64,000 nucleotides of DNA from an uncultured delta proteobacterium (lineage in GTDB: Bacteria; Desulfobacterota; Binatia; Binatales; Binataceae): positions 581,350-645,349 of the forward strand of contig CAWJFQ010000010.1 of NCBI GenBank assembly GCA_963842215.1, written 5' to 3'. A program made the translations under genes and the position numbers. The notes below the pieces were generated by a model, which saw only the letters and a list, made by a program, of their open reading frames with translations, did not search any database and was not told where the DNA came from. How positions within the stretch are numbered: position 1 is the stretch's first letter; the number at the start of each line of letters is the position of its first letter. Below, piece after piece: positions 50,703 through 60,144 of this stretch.

Positions 50703-51170
50703 ATGCCGAACAACGAAAGCGAAAAAACATCCGAATCAAAGACCTACTTGCCCTCCGGAATGCCGGCGCCGCAGGCGTCGCGCGACGGATTGGATCGCGA
50801 ATTCTGGGAAGCGGCACGGCGTCACGAGCTGGTCGTGCAGAAATGCAATTCATGCGGGACGTTTCAGTTCGGCCCCGAATGGATCTGCCACAAGTGCCAC
50901 ACGCTCGACGTCGGATGGCATCGCGTGTCCGGCCGCGGCCGGGTTTACAGTTGGGAGCGCGTGTGGCATCCGGCGCATCCCGCATTGAAGTCCGCGTGTC
51001 CTTACATTGTCGTGGTGGTCGAACTGCCCGACGCCGGCAACGTCCGCATGGTCGGCAACCTACTGAGCGATCCCGCTCTTGAAGTGGAGTTCGATGCGAA
51101 CGTCGAAGCCGTCTTCGAGGATCATCCCGAAGGCTTCACCTTGATTCAATGGCGCCTCGCGAATCGTTGA
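50703..51170 (+). CDS. DUF35 Zn-ribbon/OB-fold protein
   Basis: FWEAAR...QKCNSCG...ICHKC...SGRGRVYSW...PYIVVVVEL. Confidence 0.9.
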   Translation: MPNNESEKTSESKTYLPSGMPAPQASRDGLDREFWEAARRHELVVQKCNSCGTFQFGPEWICHKCHTLDVGWHRVSGRGRVYSWERVWHPAHPALKSACPYIVVVVELPDAGNVRMVGNLLSDPALEVEFDANVEAVFEDHPEGFTLIQWRLANR

Positions 51171-51186
51171 GGCGGACGCTTGCTGC

Positions 51187-51849
51187 TCAGGTCTTTTCCG
51201 GTTCGTCAGCCTTGATGAACTTCAGCGACGCGGAATTCATACAGTAGCGCAAGCCGGTCGGCCGCGGACCGTCGTCGAACACGTGCCCGAGATGCGCGTC
51301 GCATTGCGCGCACAGCACCTCGGTCCGCTTCATGAAAAGCGAACGGTCCGTTTCGGTCTTGACGTTCTCCGCCGCGATCGGCTGGTAGAAGCTCGGCCAG
51401 CCGGTGCCCGATTCGAACTTGGTGTCCGAGCTGAAGAGCGCATTGCCGCAGCAGATACACCGATACAGACCCTTGTCATGATTCTCGGCGTACAAATTCT
51501 GGAACGGCCGCTCAGTACCTTTCTTACGCGTGACCTCGAACTGCTCGGGAGTCAGTTCCTTGCGCCATTCGTCGTCCGTCTTCACAACTTTATCTACCAT
51601 CACGAGTCCCTTTCTCTGTCCGGAATCGGTGAACTCAACGATCGATACTTTAACTATACCCGACGCGCCAGAATCCGGCGAATCTGCGGAACCGTCAGCC
51701 AAGACGCCTCTTTCAGAGTATCCAAACGCAATGACCGCGGGTATCGCAACGACCGCGGCAACGAATGCGCGCCGCCCGATCAGAAGCTTGTTCTGACTAT
51801 TCGAATGTCGACGGTCTTCAGCCAATTTCCGACCTGATGTGTTGATCAT
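51187..51849 (-). CDS. msrB: Methionine-R-sulfoxide reductase with Tat-like signal
   Basis: [23 protein letters not shown]; N-terminal GRRAFV plus hydrophobic segment. Confidence 0.93.
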   Translation of the reverse strand: MINTSGRKLAEDRRHSNSQNKLLIGRRAFVAAVVAIPAVIAFGYSERGVLADGSADSPDSGASGIVKVSIVEFTDSGQRKGLVMVDKVVKTDDEWRKELTPEQFEVTRKKGTERPFQNLYAENHDKGLYRCICCGNALFSSDTKFESGTGWPSFYQPIAAENVKTETDRSLFMKRTEVLCAQCDAHLGHVFDDGPRPTGLRYCMNSASLKFIKADEPEKT

Positions 51850-51906
51850 GGCATATTAGAAAACGCGGTCGAAGGCCGTCCGGTTCCCAATCGCAAGCCA
51901 CGACAG

Positions 51907-52230
51907 TCAGACCAGAGTGGGAATTTTATCGAGCCGACTGCCGAGTCGGCGCGCAGCTTCCCAGGTGTCGTAACGCCCCTGCAGCCTGATCAAGATTCCC
52001 GGGCCATTGCCGCAGAGCTTGCCCAGCCGAACAGCCATCTCGGAGCTAATCGAGATGCCGCCGACCATGACTCGATGTAGAGTCTGACGACTCACGCCGA
52101 GCAAGGTGGCAATTTCACCGATGGTCCGATGACGCCGCAGTTCAGGCATGACCTCTTCGGCAAAAATAACGCCGGGATGAATCGGCTTGCGTGCGGCTAC
52201 CTTTTTCCGATCAACGGCATACTGCTTCAT
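51907..52230 (-). CDS. higA: HigA/VapI-type HTH antitoxin
   Basis: PIHPGVI, LLGVSRQTLH, ISSEMAVRLG, LQGRYD. Confidence 0.82.
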   Translation of the reverse strand: MKQYAVDRKKVAARKPIHPGVIFAEEVMPELRRHRTIGEIATLLGVSRQTLHRVMVGGISISSEMAVRLGKLCGNGPGILIRLQGRYDTWEAARRLGSRLDKIPTLV

Positions 52231-52241
52231 TTCGGCAGCCT

Positions 52242-53312
52242 CTAAATTTGGTACACGAACAGTTTCTGCTCTTTGGGCTTCAGAAACACGTGCGCGCCGT
52301 TCTCCAGATGCAGCGTCTGGAAGCGCTCGTGGCTGATCTCGACTTGCACCATATCGCCCCATTCGGCGACCAGCTCGACCTTGACCTGCGGGCCGGCCGG
52401 ATTGATCGACTTCACCGTCGCGGGGAAAGTCTGCTTGCCGTTGGGCCGCAATACGATTTCCAGCAGATGCGGCCGCACGTAGAGCACCGCCTTGCCGGTC
52501 TCGGGATGCGCATGCGCGTGCGTGTTGTCGAGCTCCACAGCGGTGTCGCCAAGGAACACGCGGCCGTTCTCGATTCGGCCGTGGAACAGGTTCACGTTGC
52601 CTAGGAAGTTATACACGAAGGCGTTGGCGGGATGGTGGTAGACTTCCTCGGCCGAGCCAATCTGCTCGATCCGTCCTTGGTTCATCACGACGATGCGGTT
52701 GGCGAGCTCCAGCGCTTCTTCCTGATCGTGGGTGACGAAGACACTGGTTATTTTGATCTCGTCATGCAGCCGCCGCAGCCAACGGCGCAGCTCCTGCCGC
52801 ACTTTGGCGTCGAGCGCACCGAACGGCTCGTCGAGCAGCAGAACCTTCGGCTCGACTGCTAGCGTGCGCGCAAGTGCGACGCGCTGGCGCTGTCCGCCGG
52901 AGAGTTGCGAGGGGTAGCGGTCGGCCAGAAAATCGAGCTGCACGAGTTGCAGTAGCTCATGCACGCGTCGCGCGATCTCGGTCTCTGCAGGACGCGCGCG
53001 CCGCGGCAGCACCCGGAGTCCGAAGGCGACATTTTCGAAAACTGTCATATGTCGGAACAGCGCGTAATGCTGAAAGACGAAGCCGACTTTGCGCTCGCGA
53101 ACAGCAACGGCGCTGGCGTCTTCGCCGTGAAACAGCACCTCGCCGGTGTCGGGCGTTTCCAACCCGGCGATTATTCTCAGCAGCGTGGTCTTGCCCGAGC
53201 CCGACAGGCCGAGCAGCGCGACCAGCTCGCCGGTTTCGATATGCAGGCTGATGTTGTCAACCGCAACGAAGTCGCCAAACTTCTTGCTGATGTTTCTAAG
53301 CTCGATACTCAT
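52242..53312 (-). CDS. cysA: Sulfate ABC transporter ATPase
   Basis: [29 protein letters not shown] tail; operon context. Confidence 0.95.
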   Translation of the reverse strand: MSIELRNISKKFGDFVAVDNISLHIETGELVALLGLSGSGKTTLLRIIAGLETPDTGEVLFHGEDASAVAVRERKVGFVFQHYALFRHMTVFENVAFGLRVLPRRARPAETEIARRVHELLQLVQLDFLADRYPSQLSGGQRQRVALARTLAVEPKVLLLDEPFGALDAKVRQELRRWLRRLHDEIKITSVFVTHDQEEALELANRIVVMNQGRIEQIGSAEEVYHHPANAFVYNFLGNVNLFHGRIENGRVFLGDTAVELDNTHAHAHPETGKAVLYVRPHLLEIVLRPNGKQTFPATVKSINPAGPQVKVELVAEWGDMVQVEISHERFQTLHLENGAHVFLKPKEQKLFVYQI

Positions 53313-54193
53313 GCGGCCACTTTGATCGCCAGGTCGTCCTGTTCCTGCTTCACCGGAACTACGCGGCGCTCGAGCGAATACTTGGCCACTAGCGTCGCGA
53401 TGGCAAGCAAGGTAAGCAGCGACGAGACCGCAAACGCTGCTGCGAACTGGTAGTCATTGTACAGAATCTCGACATACAGCGGCATCGTGTTGGTATGCCC
53501 GCGGATGTGCCCCGAGACCACCGAGACCGCCCCGAACTCACCCATCGCGCGCGCGTTGCACAGCACCATCCCGTACAGCAGTCCCCATTTGACGTTGGGC
53601 AATGTCACCCGGAAAAACATTTGCCATCCGCCGGCGCCCAACACGATCGCGGCTTCTTCTTCTTCGCTGCCGACCGCCTGCATGATCGGGATTAGCTCGC
53701 GGGCGGCGAGTGGAAAGGTGACGAAGATGGTAGCGAGCACGATTCCCGGCTCGGCAAAGATGATCCTGATGCCGTGTTCCGCGAGCCATCCGCCGAGCGG
53801 CGCGCGCACCCCAAGCAGCAGCACGAAGAGCATCCCCGAAATGACCGGAGACACCGAGAACGGTATGTCTATCAGTGTCAGCAAGGTTTGCTTGCCGGGA
53901 AAATCGAAGCGCGCTATGGCCCACGACGCGGCAATCCCGAAAGTGACGTTGAGCGGCACCGCTATGGCCGCGGTCATCAAGGTCAGGCGAATGGCGGCGC
54001 GCGCCTCCGGATCAGTGATCGCGGCGAAATAAGCGCCGATTCCTTTCGCGAACGCTTCCGCAAATACTGCAACCACCGGTAGAAATAGAAAAAGCGCCAG
54101 GAAGCCGAAAGTCGTCGCAATCAGGGCAACCCTGACCCACGGTGGATCCGCAGTCCCAGGCCTTTTCGGTTCGCCTTGCGAATTGGTAGCCAT
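53309..54193 (-). CDS. cysW: Sulfate ABC transporter permease
   Basis: [29 protein letters not shown]. Confidence 0.95.
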   Translation of the reverse strand: MATNSQGEPKRPGTADPPWVRVALIATTFGFLALFLFLPVVAVFAEAFAKGIGAYFAAITDPEARAAIRLTLMTAAIAVPLNVTFGIAASWAIARFDFPGKQTLLTLIDIPFSVSPVISGMLFVLLLGVRAPLGGWLAEHGIRIIFAEPGIVLATIFVTFPLAARELIPIMQAVGSEEEEAAIVLGAGGWQMFFRVTLPNVKWGLLYGMVLCNARAMGEFGAVSVVSGHIRGHTNTMPLYVEILYNDYQFAAAFAVSSLLTLLAIATLVAKYSLERRVVPVKQEQDDLAIKVAA

Positions 54194-54201
54194 CGACGAG
54201 G

Positions 54202-55035
54202 TCAGGCCGTGAGCCGGCGGCTGCTCCACCTTTGCAGCACGTTGATAGCGAACAGAAGCATGAACGACGCCGTCAGCATCACCACGGCGATCGCGGTCGC
54301 ACCGGGATAGTCGAACTGCTCGAGCTTGCTCATGATTAGCAGTGGCACCACCTCGGTGCGCATCGGCATGTTCCCCGAGATGAAAACGACCGAGCCGTAT
54401 TCGCCGAGAGCGCGCGCGAACGCAAGTGCAAATCCTGTAAGCAGCGCCGGAATCAGCGCCGGCGCGATAACCAGGACGAACGTCTGCAAGCGGCTCGCGC
54501 CGAGCGTCGCGGCAGCCTCCTCGTATTCCTGGTCGAGATCCTCAAGCACCGGCTGGATAGTGCGAACCACAAACGGCAGACCTACGAAAGTCAGTGCCAC
54601 CGCGACTCCAATCGGCGTGTAGGCGACTTGTATTCCAAGCGGCGCGAGGTAGCGCCCGACCCATCCATTGCTGGCGTAAATCGCAGTCAGAGTAATTCCC
54701 GCTACCGAAGTCGGCAGCGCAAATGGCAGATCGACCATCACGTCAATCAGCGTCTTGCCGGGAAATTCGTAACGGACCAGGCTCCACGCGACAATGAATC
54801 CGAAAACCGAGTTGACCGATGCTCCCACCACGGACGCGCCGAAGCTCAGCTTGTATGCCGCAATCGTGCGCGGACTTGCGACGGCCGCCCAGAATTGAGG
54901 CCAAGTGAGGGTGAAAGTCTTGAAGAAGATCGTCGAGATCGGAATCAACACGACGATTCCGAGATACGCCAGCGTGAAGCCCAGGGTCAGGCCGAATCCC
55001 GGCAGTACATTGGTCCTTTTCGTGGTCGATGCCAT
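54202..55035 (-). CDS. cysT: Sulfate ABC transporter permease
   Basis: LPGFGLTLG, DLPFALPTSVAG, GEYGSVVFISGN. Confidence 0.95.
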   Translation of the reverse strand: MASTTKRTNVLPGFGLTLGFTLAYLGIVVLIPISTIFFKTFTLTWPQFWAAVASPRTIAAYKLSFGASVVGASVNSVFGFIVAWSLVRYEFPGKTLIDVMVDLPFALPTSVAGITLTAIYASNGWVGRYLAPLGIQVAYTPIGVAVALTFVGLPFVVRTIQPVLEDLDQEYEEAAATLGASRLQTFVLVIAPALIPALLTGFALAFARALGEYGSVVFISGNMPMRTEVVPLLIMSKLEQFDYPGATAIAVVMLTASFMLLFAINVLQRWSSRRLTA

Positions 55036-55060
55036 CGCGCTTCGTTATGCTCCGACTCCG

Positions 55061-56092
55061 CTAATTTCCTGGTTGATACACTTTATCGAATATCCCGCCG
55101 TCGCCGAAAAACTTCGGCTGTGCGCTCTTCCATCCGCCAAAATCCGCATCAATAGTCATCAGGGTTAAGCCGGGGAACTGGTTTGCATATTTCGCGGCGA
55201 CGGTCTTGTCGCGCGGACGAAAAAAATTCTGCGCGATTATTTCCTGTCCCGCGGGCGCGTATAGAAATTCCAGGTACGCTTTCGAGATAGCCGCCGTGCC
55301 GTGACGCTGGTCCACCTTATCCACCCATGCGACCGGAGGTTCCGCCAGTACGCTTACCGACGGATACACGATCTCGAACTTGTCGGCGCCGAATTCCTTG
55401 ATTGCCATCCGCGCCTCGTTTTCCCACGCGATCAGCACGTCGCCGAGCTGGCGCTCGACGAACGTGGTGGTCGAGCCGCGCGCGCCGGAATCGAGCACCG
55501 GCACATTTTTGTACAGCGCGCCGATGAACGCAGCCGCCTTGGCCTCGTCGCCGTTGTTCTTCTTCAGGGCGTAGCCCCACGCCGCCAGGAAATTCCAGCG
55601 CGCGCCGCCCGAGGTCTTGGGATTCGGTGTGATCACCGCGATGCCAGGTTTCACCAGGTCATCCCAATCGTGAATGTTCTTTGGATTTCCCTTGCGCACC
55701 AGCAGCACAATGGTCGAGGTGTAGGGGCAACTGTTGTCGGGCAGGCGCGATTGCCAGTCGGCCGGCAGCAAGCCGGCCTTGTCGACGATCGCATCGATGT
55801 CGCCGGCGAGGCCGAGCGTCACGACGTCCGCCTCGAGACCGTCGATCACCGCGCGCGCCTGCTTACCCGAGCCGCCGTGCGATTGCTCGATATTGACGTC
55901 GTTGCCAGTCTTCGCCTTCCACTCCTTTGCGAATTGCGCGTTGACCGCCTCGTAGAGCTCGCGCGTCGGATCGTACGATACATTGAGAATTGTGATCTGG
56001 GCGGCATGCGCAGCGCCCATCCCGAAAACAACGCTCGCCGCCAAAGTGATGGCGGCGAGCGTATGGCTGAATTTCAATTTGCGGCCGTTCAT
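55061..56092 (-). CDS. sbp: Sulfate-binding periplasmic protein
   Basis: [39 protein letters not shown]. Confidence 0.95.
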   Translation of the reverse strand: MNGRKLKFSHTLAAITLAASVVFGMGAAHAAQITILNVSYDPTRELYEAVNAQFAKEWKAKTGNDVNIEQSHGGSGKQARAVIDGLEADVVTLGLAGDIDAIVDKAGLLPADWQSRLPDNSCPYTSTIVLLVRKGNPKNIHDWDDLVKPGIAVITPNPKTSGGARWNFLAAWGYALKKNNGDEAKAAAFIGALYKNVPVLDSGARGSTTTFVERQLGDVLIAWENEARMAIKEFGADKFEIVYPSVSVLAEPPVAWVDKVDQRHGTAAISKAYLEFLYAPAGQEIIAQNFFRPRDKTVAAKYANQFPGLTLMTIDADFGGWKSAQPKFFGDGGIFDKVYQPGN

Positions 56093-56099
56093 TCTCACC

Positions 56100-57569
56100 T
56101 CAAAACGAGATCTGCAGTTGCGACTCGATGACGCTTTCGTTGGGCCGGTCCTTGGGCGCGGCGGTTGTACCGGCGCCGCCGTCGAAAAAGGTATTCGCAT
56201 AGTCCCACTGCCACTTGATGTTCGAGTTCAGATACCAGTTGATTCCCGCTGCAAACTCGGTCGCAGTTTTCGCGGCCACATTCGGAGCGGCGAAACCGAG
56301 TTGGAATTGCCGGGTATCGGCTGCGACATTGCTGATTCTGGCCGCCAACTCCAATCCACCCCACCATCCGTTGCGCGGATCGAACGGATGATACGGCTTA
56401 ACCCAGCCGTAGGACGCGTTTTCGCCAGTCAGAATGTAGGAAGCCTGCGCGAAGTAGCCGGTGTCAGTGAACGTATCGGTACGGTTGATTTGCCGTTTGA
56501 ACGGAGCACTCCCGACAGTGGTGAACCGGTTCAGCGAATGCGAGTCCTGCGCGTACTCCGCCATCAAACCCAGGCCGCGCCAGTAGTAGTAGGCCTGCGG
56601 CTCAAGACGCGCACGCAATCCCGACGCGGTCACGCCCGAATTGTAGGAGAACCAGGTGCTCTGGCCGTACGTCTTGTAGACCGAAGTTGCGCTGCCGCGC
56701 TCGTCGCCATAGGAACCGGCGAAACCAAAGCCCAGCCCCTTGAGCCATTGGTTCTCGGTTAGCTCGAACGGCGTCGCGAAGACGCGGCCGACGAAATCCT
56801 TGCCGTCGTTGTTGTCGATGTCGGTAGTGTCCGCAGCAGTATTGTTAGGTACCCCATTCATTAACGCGGCATCATAGTAAACGCGGCCCTCCAGTAGTCT
56901 GCCGTGCAGGTCGAAACCAGTGTCGCGGTTCGGGACCAGATTCTGGATCTCCGAACGTTCGCTGAATTCCAAATCGCGGTCGGACTGTAGCCGCTCGAGA
57001 TCCAGCGGCGCTTTGAACTTTCCGGTTCTCAGGCTTGCATAATCCCAATAGGTGATATTCAGGTAGGCATCCTGCAGCGTAACTTTGCCTTGGCCGAAGT
57101 CCGGCGTGATGTTGAAATTGTAGTAGTCCGCAACTGAGCCGGTCAGAATCGGGCGCACTCGGTTCAGGTAGAACGTGCTGCTGATGTTCTTGTCGCTGCC
57201 ACTGGTAAAGAAACGGCCGTCGCCCTGGATGATCCCGCCGAAATTGATGTTGTAAGCGTGGTTGGGCGACGACAAGGAAAATCCCTCGTCGCCAACCTTG
57301 ACGACCGGCGCCTGCAGCGCATTCTGGTGCTGGACCTGCTGCTGCACCTCAAGTTTCTGGTCGATCACTTTCACTTTCTGATCAAGTCCCTCCAGCGTAT
57401 CGACCCGGTGCTCGAGCTGTTGGATCTGAGTCTTCAGCAGCTCGATTTCCTGATCCCTCGGATCGGCAGTCCGCGTGGACTGCGCCTGCGCCGGCCCGGC
57501 GGGAATAAACACCCCGGTTACTATCGCTGCCAGCAGGATTGGCAGGATCGGCAAAGTGCATTTTCTCAT
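56100..57569 (-). CDS. OprO/OprP-family anion-selective porin
   Basis: Signal peptide, N-terminal coiled coil, [29 protein letters not shown]-terminal QLQISF. Confidence 0.88.
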   Translation of the reverse strand: MRKCTLPILPILLAAIVTGVFIPAGPAQAQSTRTADPRDQEIELLKTQIQQLEHRVDTLEGLDQKVKVIDQKLEVQQQVQHQNALQAPVVKVGDEGFSLSSPNHAYNINFGGIIQGDGRFFTSGSDKNISSTFYLNRVRPILTGSVADYYNFNITPDFGQGKVTLQDAYLNITYWDYASLRTGKFKAPLDLERLQSDRDLEFSERSEIQNLVPNRDTGFDLHGRLLEGRVYYDAALMNGVPNNTAADTTDIDNNDGKDFVGRVFATPFELTENQWLKGLGFGFAGSYGDERGSATSVYKTYGQSTWFSYNSGVTASGLRARLEPQAYYYWRGLGLMAEYAQDSHSLNRFTTVGSAPFKRQINRTDTFTDTGYFAQASYILTGENASYGWVKPYHPFDPRNGWWGGLELAARISNVAADTRQFQLGFAAPNVAAKTATEFAAGINWYLNSNIKWQWDYANTFFDGGAGTTAAPKDRPNESVIESQLQISF

Positions 57570-57672
57570 CTCGAAAGCCCCTCGTAGTCTTGGGAACTTC
57601 CGGATGACCGGTCAGCTCGTGGTTTACAATTAAACGCTCTGTCATGGTGCCGCCGGATCCTTCCCTGGTCCG
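57562..57672 (-). repeat. Duplicated structured leader, copy A (before the porin)
   Basis: 26-nt exact match 57588-613 = 58600-625; second block 57642-672 ~ 58654-683; includes the SD and ATGAGAAA. Confidence 0.92.
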
Positions 57673-57717
57673 CGCTTCTCCATTGAATTTTACTTTTGTA
57701 CCGTCACGCGTGATTCG

Positions 57718-58581
57718 TCATTTGATGCAGCCGCCGGGCTGGTTGTTGGTCGCCCCCGTGAAGTTGCCAAACCATTTGTTGGTGCCGCAACTCGAGTTCG
57801 CGTCGAACAGGTCGTCCTTTGAATTGCTGCCCGCCGCTGTCTCTGTCTGGTTGGTGATAATCGAGCTCTTGGCGCCGAAATCGAGCGCGACACCGTAGTT
57901 GGTATTGCCCTGGATGTTTCCCGTGAAAAGGTAGTTGCCCGGTGACGGACCGACTCCGGGGCATCCGGCGCTGATCGGTCCGATCGGCGAGCATCCAACG
58001 TACAATCCGATGTTGCCGTTCGACTCGGTTTTGGAATTGGTAACGTCACTCGTGGACGTTTGTTTCAGCCATATTCCGTAGTTGAGATTGTCCTCCGCCG
58101 TGGTGTTGGTCAGCTCGATATCTGAGGCTTTGCTCAGTTCCACGCCTGCAGTTCCATTGCTATTCGCCGAGACGTCGTCAGCAACGATTTGCCTGCCCTC
58201 GATGAGCAAACCGACATCCCACCCGCTTATCACGGTGCCGCGGAATCCAAGAAAATCCGAGCGAATGCTGCGATGAACCCAAATCCCGATTCCGCTTGGC
58301 GAGGTGCCGCCGGCGCCGGTGACGCTTTTCTTTGCGCCGTCCAAAATCACGAAGCTCGAAGCGATCTCGATGCACGCACCGGCCGGAGTAAGTCCCTGTG
58401 ATGAACTAATTGCCAACCCGAGCTTGTAGGAGCCGGGCGTAGTAATCGTGCATCCGCAAGCATTAATAGTCGGCGGGCATACTGCCTGCGCCGAGGCCGG
58501 AGCCGGCAGCGTTAAGGCTCCGGCGGCCACCACTGTCGCCAGGAGCACCCCCTGAAAAAAAAGCGTAGCGCAGTTTCTCAT
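57718..58581 (-). CDS. Secreted right-handed beta-helix (PbH1/NosD-like) protein
   Basis: Signal peptide; repeats NGTAGVEL, NLNYGIWL, NGNIGLYV, NTNYGVAL; Cys-rich. Confidence 0.75.
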   Translation of the reverse strand: MRNCATLFFQGVLLATVVAAGALTLPAPASAQAVCPPTINACGCTITTPGSYKLGLAISSSQGLTPAGACIEIASSFVILDGAKKSVTGAGGTSPSGIGIWVHRSIRSDFLGFRGTVISGWDVGLLIEGRQIVADDVSANSNGTAGVELSKASDIELTNTTAEDNLNYGIWLKQTSTSDVTNSKTESNGNIGLYVGCSPIGPISAGCPGVGPSPGNYLFTGNIQGNTNYGVALDFGAKSSIITNQTETAAGSNSKDDLFDANSSCGTNKWFGNFTGATNNQPGGCIK

Positions 58582-58683
58582 CTCAAAAGTCCCTCGTCAT
58601 CTTGGGAACTTCCGGATGACCGGTCGGCTCGCAGTTGTGATTGACAGCTCTATTCATGGTGCGCCGGATCCTTCCCCGGTCCG
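58574..58683 (-). repeat. Duplicated structured leader, copy B (after DUF2292, before the beta-helix gene)
   Basis: Matches copy A with an offset of about 1012 nt. Confidence 0.92.
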
Positions 58684-58735
58684 GGCTCCTCGGCGAAATT
58701 TCCATGGTTCGCGGACGGCTCACTTCGATCGCAAA

Positions 58736-58933
58736 CTATCCACGGCTTGGCTTGTCGAAACGGAACTTTTCCTTGCGCTCGATTTGAACCACCCGCGAAT
58801 CCTGGATTACGACCTCGATCGAGCCAAAGCGGACGCCGCTGATTGCATTGGCGATACGCCGAAGGATCTCATCGCCCGGGTCAGATTGAAGCGGAGCATC
58901 GTGGCCGCGGTTCAAGATCGATTCTACTTTCAT
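58736..58933 (-). CDS. YezD/DUF2292 (OscA-like) small protein
   Basis: 65 aa; AISGVRFGSIEVVIQDSRVVQIERKEKFR; AGGA SD. Confidence 0.88.
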   Translation of the reverse strand: MKVESILNRGHDAPLQSDPGDEILRRIANAISGVRFGSIEVVIQDSRVVQIERKEKFRFDKPSRG

Positions 58934-58936
58934 AAG

Positions 58937-58961
58937 ATATCCTATTAGATTACTAGACTTA
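58937..58961 (-). promoter_or_regulatory. Putative Rrf2/CymR-like operator 2
   Basis: TAAGTCTAGTAATCTAATAGGATAT; resembles operator 1 and overlaps the SD. Confidence 0.55.
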
Positions 58962-59056
58962 TTGTACAAAAAAACTCTAGGGTCGCGTCCGAACTGCATA
59001 CGTTGCGAATTTGTTGAATCCGGGTCTGCATTGTCATGCATCGATGCGACCTGCCC

Positions 59057-59103
59057 TAAGTCGATAAGGTGGCTAGACTAAAGATCGCGCCTAAATCAGT
59101 CAA
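59057..59103 (-). promoter_or_regulatory. sigma70 promoter with overlapping Rrf2/CymR-like operator 1
   Basis: TTGACT(59103-098)-N17-TAGTCT(59080-075); operator TTAGTCTAGCCACCTTATCGACTTA (59081-057). Confidence 0.65.
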
Positions 59104-59201
59104 GGGTTACAAATAGGAAATATTTGGCGGACGCCAGCGAGAATTCCGCTCTTTGTGACCTAATCGTGATGTCTCGTCGGAGACACGATTACGGCTTTAT
59201 T

Positions 59202-60044
59202 TCAGCGCGCCTTGGCCTTCATTTCGCCGTACTTGTCGAGCAATGGAAGAACCGTATCGCGCGTCGCGGGCGGCAGTGCGAAGATCAGCCGGTCGACGCC
59301 GAGGTCGAGGAACTTTTTAACATGCTCCTCGTTCGGGCCGACACCGAACATCGAGACTGGAAGTTTCTTGCGGCCGGCCTTCTTGCCCGCATCGGCCAGC
59401 GTCTTGAGATTGCCGGCCAGATCATAGCGTGGAAAGTTTATCGGCATCCATCCGTCACAATATTCCGCGACGCGATCGAAAGTCTTGGGCGATTGTGAGC
59501 CAAGCAGGATCGGCGGTCCACCGGCCTGCACCGGCTTGGGGAACGACCAGATCGGATCGAAATTCACGAACTCACCATGAAACTCGGCGGCCTCCTTGGT
59601 CCAGATCTGTTTCATCGCAAGGACTTTTTCCTTGACGATTTTCCAGCGCCGCTTGAACTGGGCGCCATGATTCTGCATCTCTTCGACATTCCAGCCCGCG
59701 CCGATTCCCAGAATCACGCGCCCGCCGGAAATCATGTCGAGCGAGGCGACTTCCTTGGCCAGTGTGATTGGGTCACGCTCGATCACCAGGCATACACCCG
59801 TGCCTAGCTTGAGTTTCTTGGTGACCGCGGCCGCCGCGCCCAGCGCGACGAACGGGTCGTGCGTGTGCCAGTATTCCTTGGGCAAGTCAGCGCCGCCGGG
59901 CCATGGGGTTTTGCGCGACGCGGGTATATGAGTGTGCTCGGGGAAGAAGAGCGACTCGAAGCCGCGTTCCTCCGCCGCGAGTGCAAGTTCGATCGGCTGG
60001 ATTGCGTAGTCAGTCGGGAACATCGAGACTCCAAATTCGGCCAT
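59202..60044 (-). CDS. LLM-class (probably F420-dependent) oxidoreductase
   Basis: GFESLFFPEHTHIP, DPFVAL, LGIGAGWNVEE, PKPVQ...PPI. Confidence 0.88.
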   Translation of the reverse strand: MAEFGVSMFPTDYAIQPIELALAAEERGFESLFFPEHTHIPASRKTPWPGGADLPKEYWHTHDPFVALGAAAAVTKKLKLGTGVCLVIERDPITLAKEVASLDMISGGRVILGIGAGWNVEEMQNHGAQFKRRWKIVKEKVLAMKQIWTKEAAEFHGEFVNFDPIWSFPKPVQAGGPPILLGSQSPKTFDRVAEYCDGWMPINFPRYDLAGNLKTLADAGKKAGRKKLPVSMFGVGPNEEHVKKFLDLGVDRLIFALPPATRDTVLPLLDKYGEMKAKAR

Positions 60045-60144
60045 GGCGATTCCTCCTGGGTCAAGCGGGCGATGCGCCGCCGCCTGCGTCAGAGTTTCAT
60101 ATCACAACTGGCAGGCGAAGCGTCTGCGCTTCACTGCTGCGATG

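Noticed and set aside
57562-58683. Duplicated leaders as CRISPR repeats or IS ends
   Set aside because: Only two copies about 1 kb apart, including SD and start codon; no cas or transposase gene and no terminal inverted repeats.
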